DNA of 64,000 nt from NCBI GenBank assembly GCA_012840535.1, contig DULF01000095.1, positions 9,069 through 73,068 of the forward strand. The letters are read 5' to 3'. The notes beneath the pieces were generated by a model. It made no database searches. It saw only the letters and a program-made list of their open reading frames with translations, and was not told the DNA's origin. The position numbers and the translations under genes were made by a program. Every line of letters begins with the position of its first letter. Within the stretch, counting starts at the first letter, position 1. Below, piece by piece: positions 63,175-64,000 of this stretch. The DNA comes from Clostridiaceae bacterium. GTDB lineage: Bacteria; Bacillota; Clostridia; Acetivibrionales; DUMB01.

Positions 63175-63767
63175 CCGGCTTTACCTCCCTCTTCTAAAAG
63201 TTGCGAAGCCATATCAACAGCAGCCTGTACAGCTCTTGTAACAGCTCTTGTAGATATTGTTGCGCTGCTGATTGCTTCTATTTCCTCCTTCTTAACTTTT
63301 TCTCTCTTGACGACCTGTAACGGTTCTGAAGGCGCAAAACCTGCAAATTGAGATGTAAAAGCCTCATCAGTAACTTTAAGTCCAAGTCCGGGAGTTTCGC
63401 TGTTATTGCCTATCTTAACACCGGTAATTTCTCCCTTGTTATTAATGCCTACCGTTACTTCCATATCGCCGCCATAACCCTTGCTGACAACCAAAAATAC
63501 ATATCCGACGGAAACATTGTCTTTAATTCCTTCGTACACTTCCTTTACAATATCCAGTTCCGGGTTTTCATTAATAAATCTCTCTATACTTTCAACACGA
63601 CTGAATGAATCAGCATCAGCAAGGACTTCCCTCCTTGCATTCTCTGCGTCAAGTGCAGCCCGTTCAGCTATCTTGTCCTTGGTGATAGCATGGGTATATG
63701 CAAGAGCAGCTGTAACCACAAGGCAAATAACAAATAAAACAATCGTTGGTTTAATTATGCTGCGCAA
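63171..63767 (-). CDS. rnfG: Rnf complex subunit G (FMN-binding)
   Basis: It has an N-terminal TM segment and the FMN-attachment motif [12 protein letters not shown]. The probable start is TTG 63767, after a GGAGGTG RBS. The ORF-track start at 63812 would overlap rnfD by 62 nt. Confidence 0.8.
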   Translation of the reverse strand: MRSIIKPTIVLFVICLVVTAALAYTHAITKDKIAERAALDAENARREVLADADSFSRVESIERFINENPELDIVKEVYEGIKDNVSVGYVFLVVSKGYGGDMEVTVGINNKGEITGVKIGNNSETPGLGLKVTDEAFTSQFAGFAPSEPLQVVKREKVKKEEIEAISSATISTRAVTRAVQAAVDMASQLLEEGGKAG

Positions 63768-64000
63768 CTGGCTTTTCACCTCCAAAACTCCTTGGCAAGG
63801 TAAACCTGTCAATCAAAGGAGTTGCAATATTCATCAAAAGTATGGCAAAGGAAACCCCTTCCGGGTAATTTGCGTACAGGCGTATTATTGAAGTAACCAG
63901 TCCGCACATAATACCCGCGATAATCTTTCCTCTTCTAGTTACAGGAGAAGTTGTATAGTCCGTGGCCATAAAAAATGCCCCGATCATAAGTCCTCCGGAT
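63751..64000 (-). CDS. rnfD: Rnf complex subunit D, C-terminal part (gene continues beyond the window)
   Basis: It contains [11 protein letters not shown] (flavin-attachment region), with TM segments to the stop at 63751. Confidence 0.85.
   Translation of the reverse strand, partial: SGGLMIGAFFMATDYTTSPVTRRGKIIAGIMCGLVTSIIRLYANYPEGVSFAILLMNIATPLIDRFTLPRSFGGEKPVAQHN

Overview
The window looks like chromosome from a sporulating, Rnf-containing anaerobic Firmicute (class Clostridia; the species cannot be determined from sequence alone). All homology calls rest on motifs I recognised in the supplied translations. No database search was run.

The backbone on the minus strand follows the Bacillus order purR-spoVG-glmU-prs-pth-mfd-(PrsA-like PPIase)-spoVT ... 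spoIIE. Other backbone genes:
- murC and fabZ
- a glycerol-phosphate cluster: GlpA-like, GlpB-like, DUF1667, GlpP, an AraL-like HAD hydrolase and an AraM-like glycerol-1-phosphate dehydrogenase
- tRNA-Thr and tRNA-Val
- htrA, an MscS channel, glnA, and a rubredoxin missing from the ORF track
- yyaC, a PAS-PP2C phosphatase, a GH8-like protein
- a self-regulated ABC/TetR operon
- rnfD(partial)-G-E-A-B

Two accessory regions stand out.
1. Bases 1-8693 hold an uncharacterised sugar-utilisation locus. It encodes a ROK tail, a frameshifted URO-D-like gene, a ceramidase-like hydrolase, a PHP-type metallohydrolase, a BadF-type kinase and an ABC importer.
2. Bases 11850-26113 hold a ~14 kb island between spoIIE and spoVT. 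It encodes GDP-mannose/GDP-fucose synthesis (manC, gmd, fcl), four paralogous fucosyltransferase-superfamily proteins, an orphan TPP-dependent E1 alpha/beta pair, an SDR, an APH/CotS-like kinase-fold protein and a DivIVA protein. It also encodes a signal-peptide-less chimeric protein (DNRLRE-like + BclA/C1q-like + beta-helix). No lipid-carrier or export genes are present. I interpret this island as a candidate, undescribed cytoplasmic (mother-cell) spore-surface protein glycosylation system.

A strictly phased 19-unit heptamer array (GGTANNN on the transcribed strand) lies between the ABC permease and tetR. Related inverted copies lie upstream of glmU. Several leader terminators and operators are also reported.
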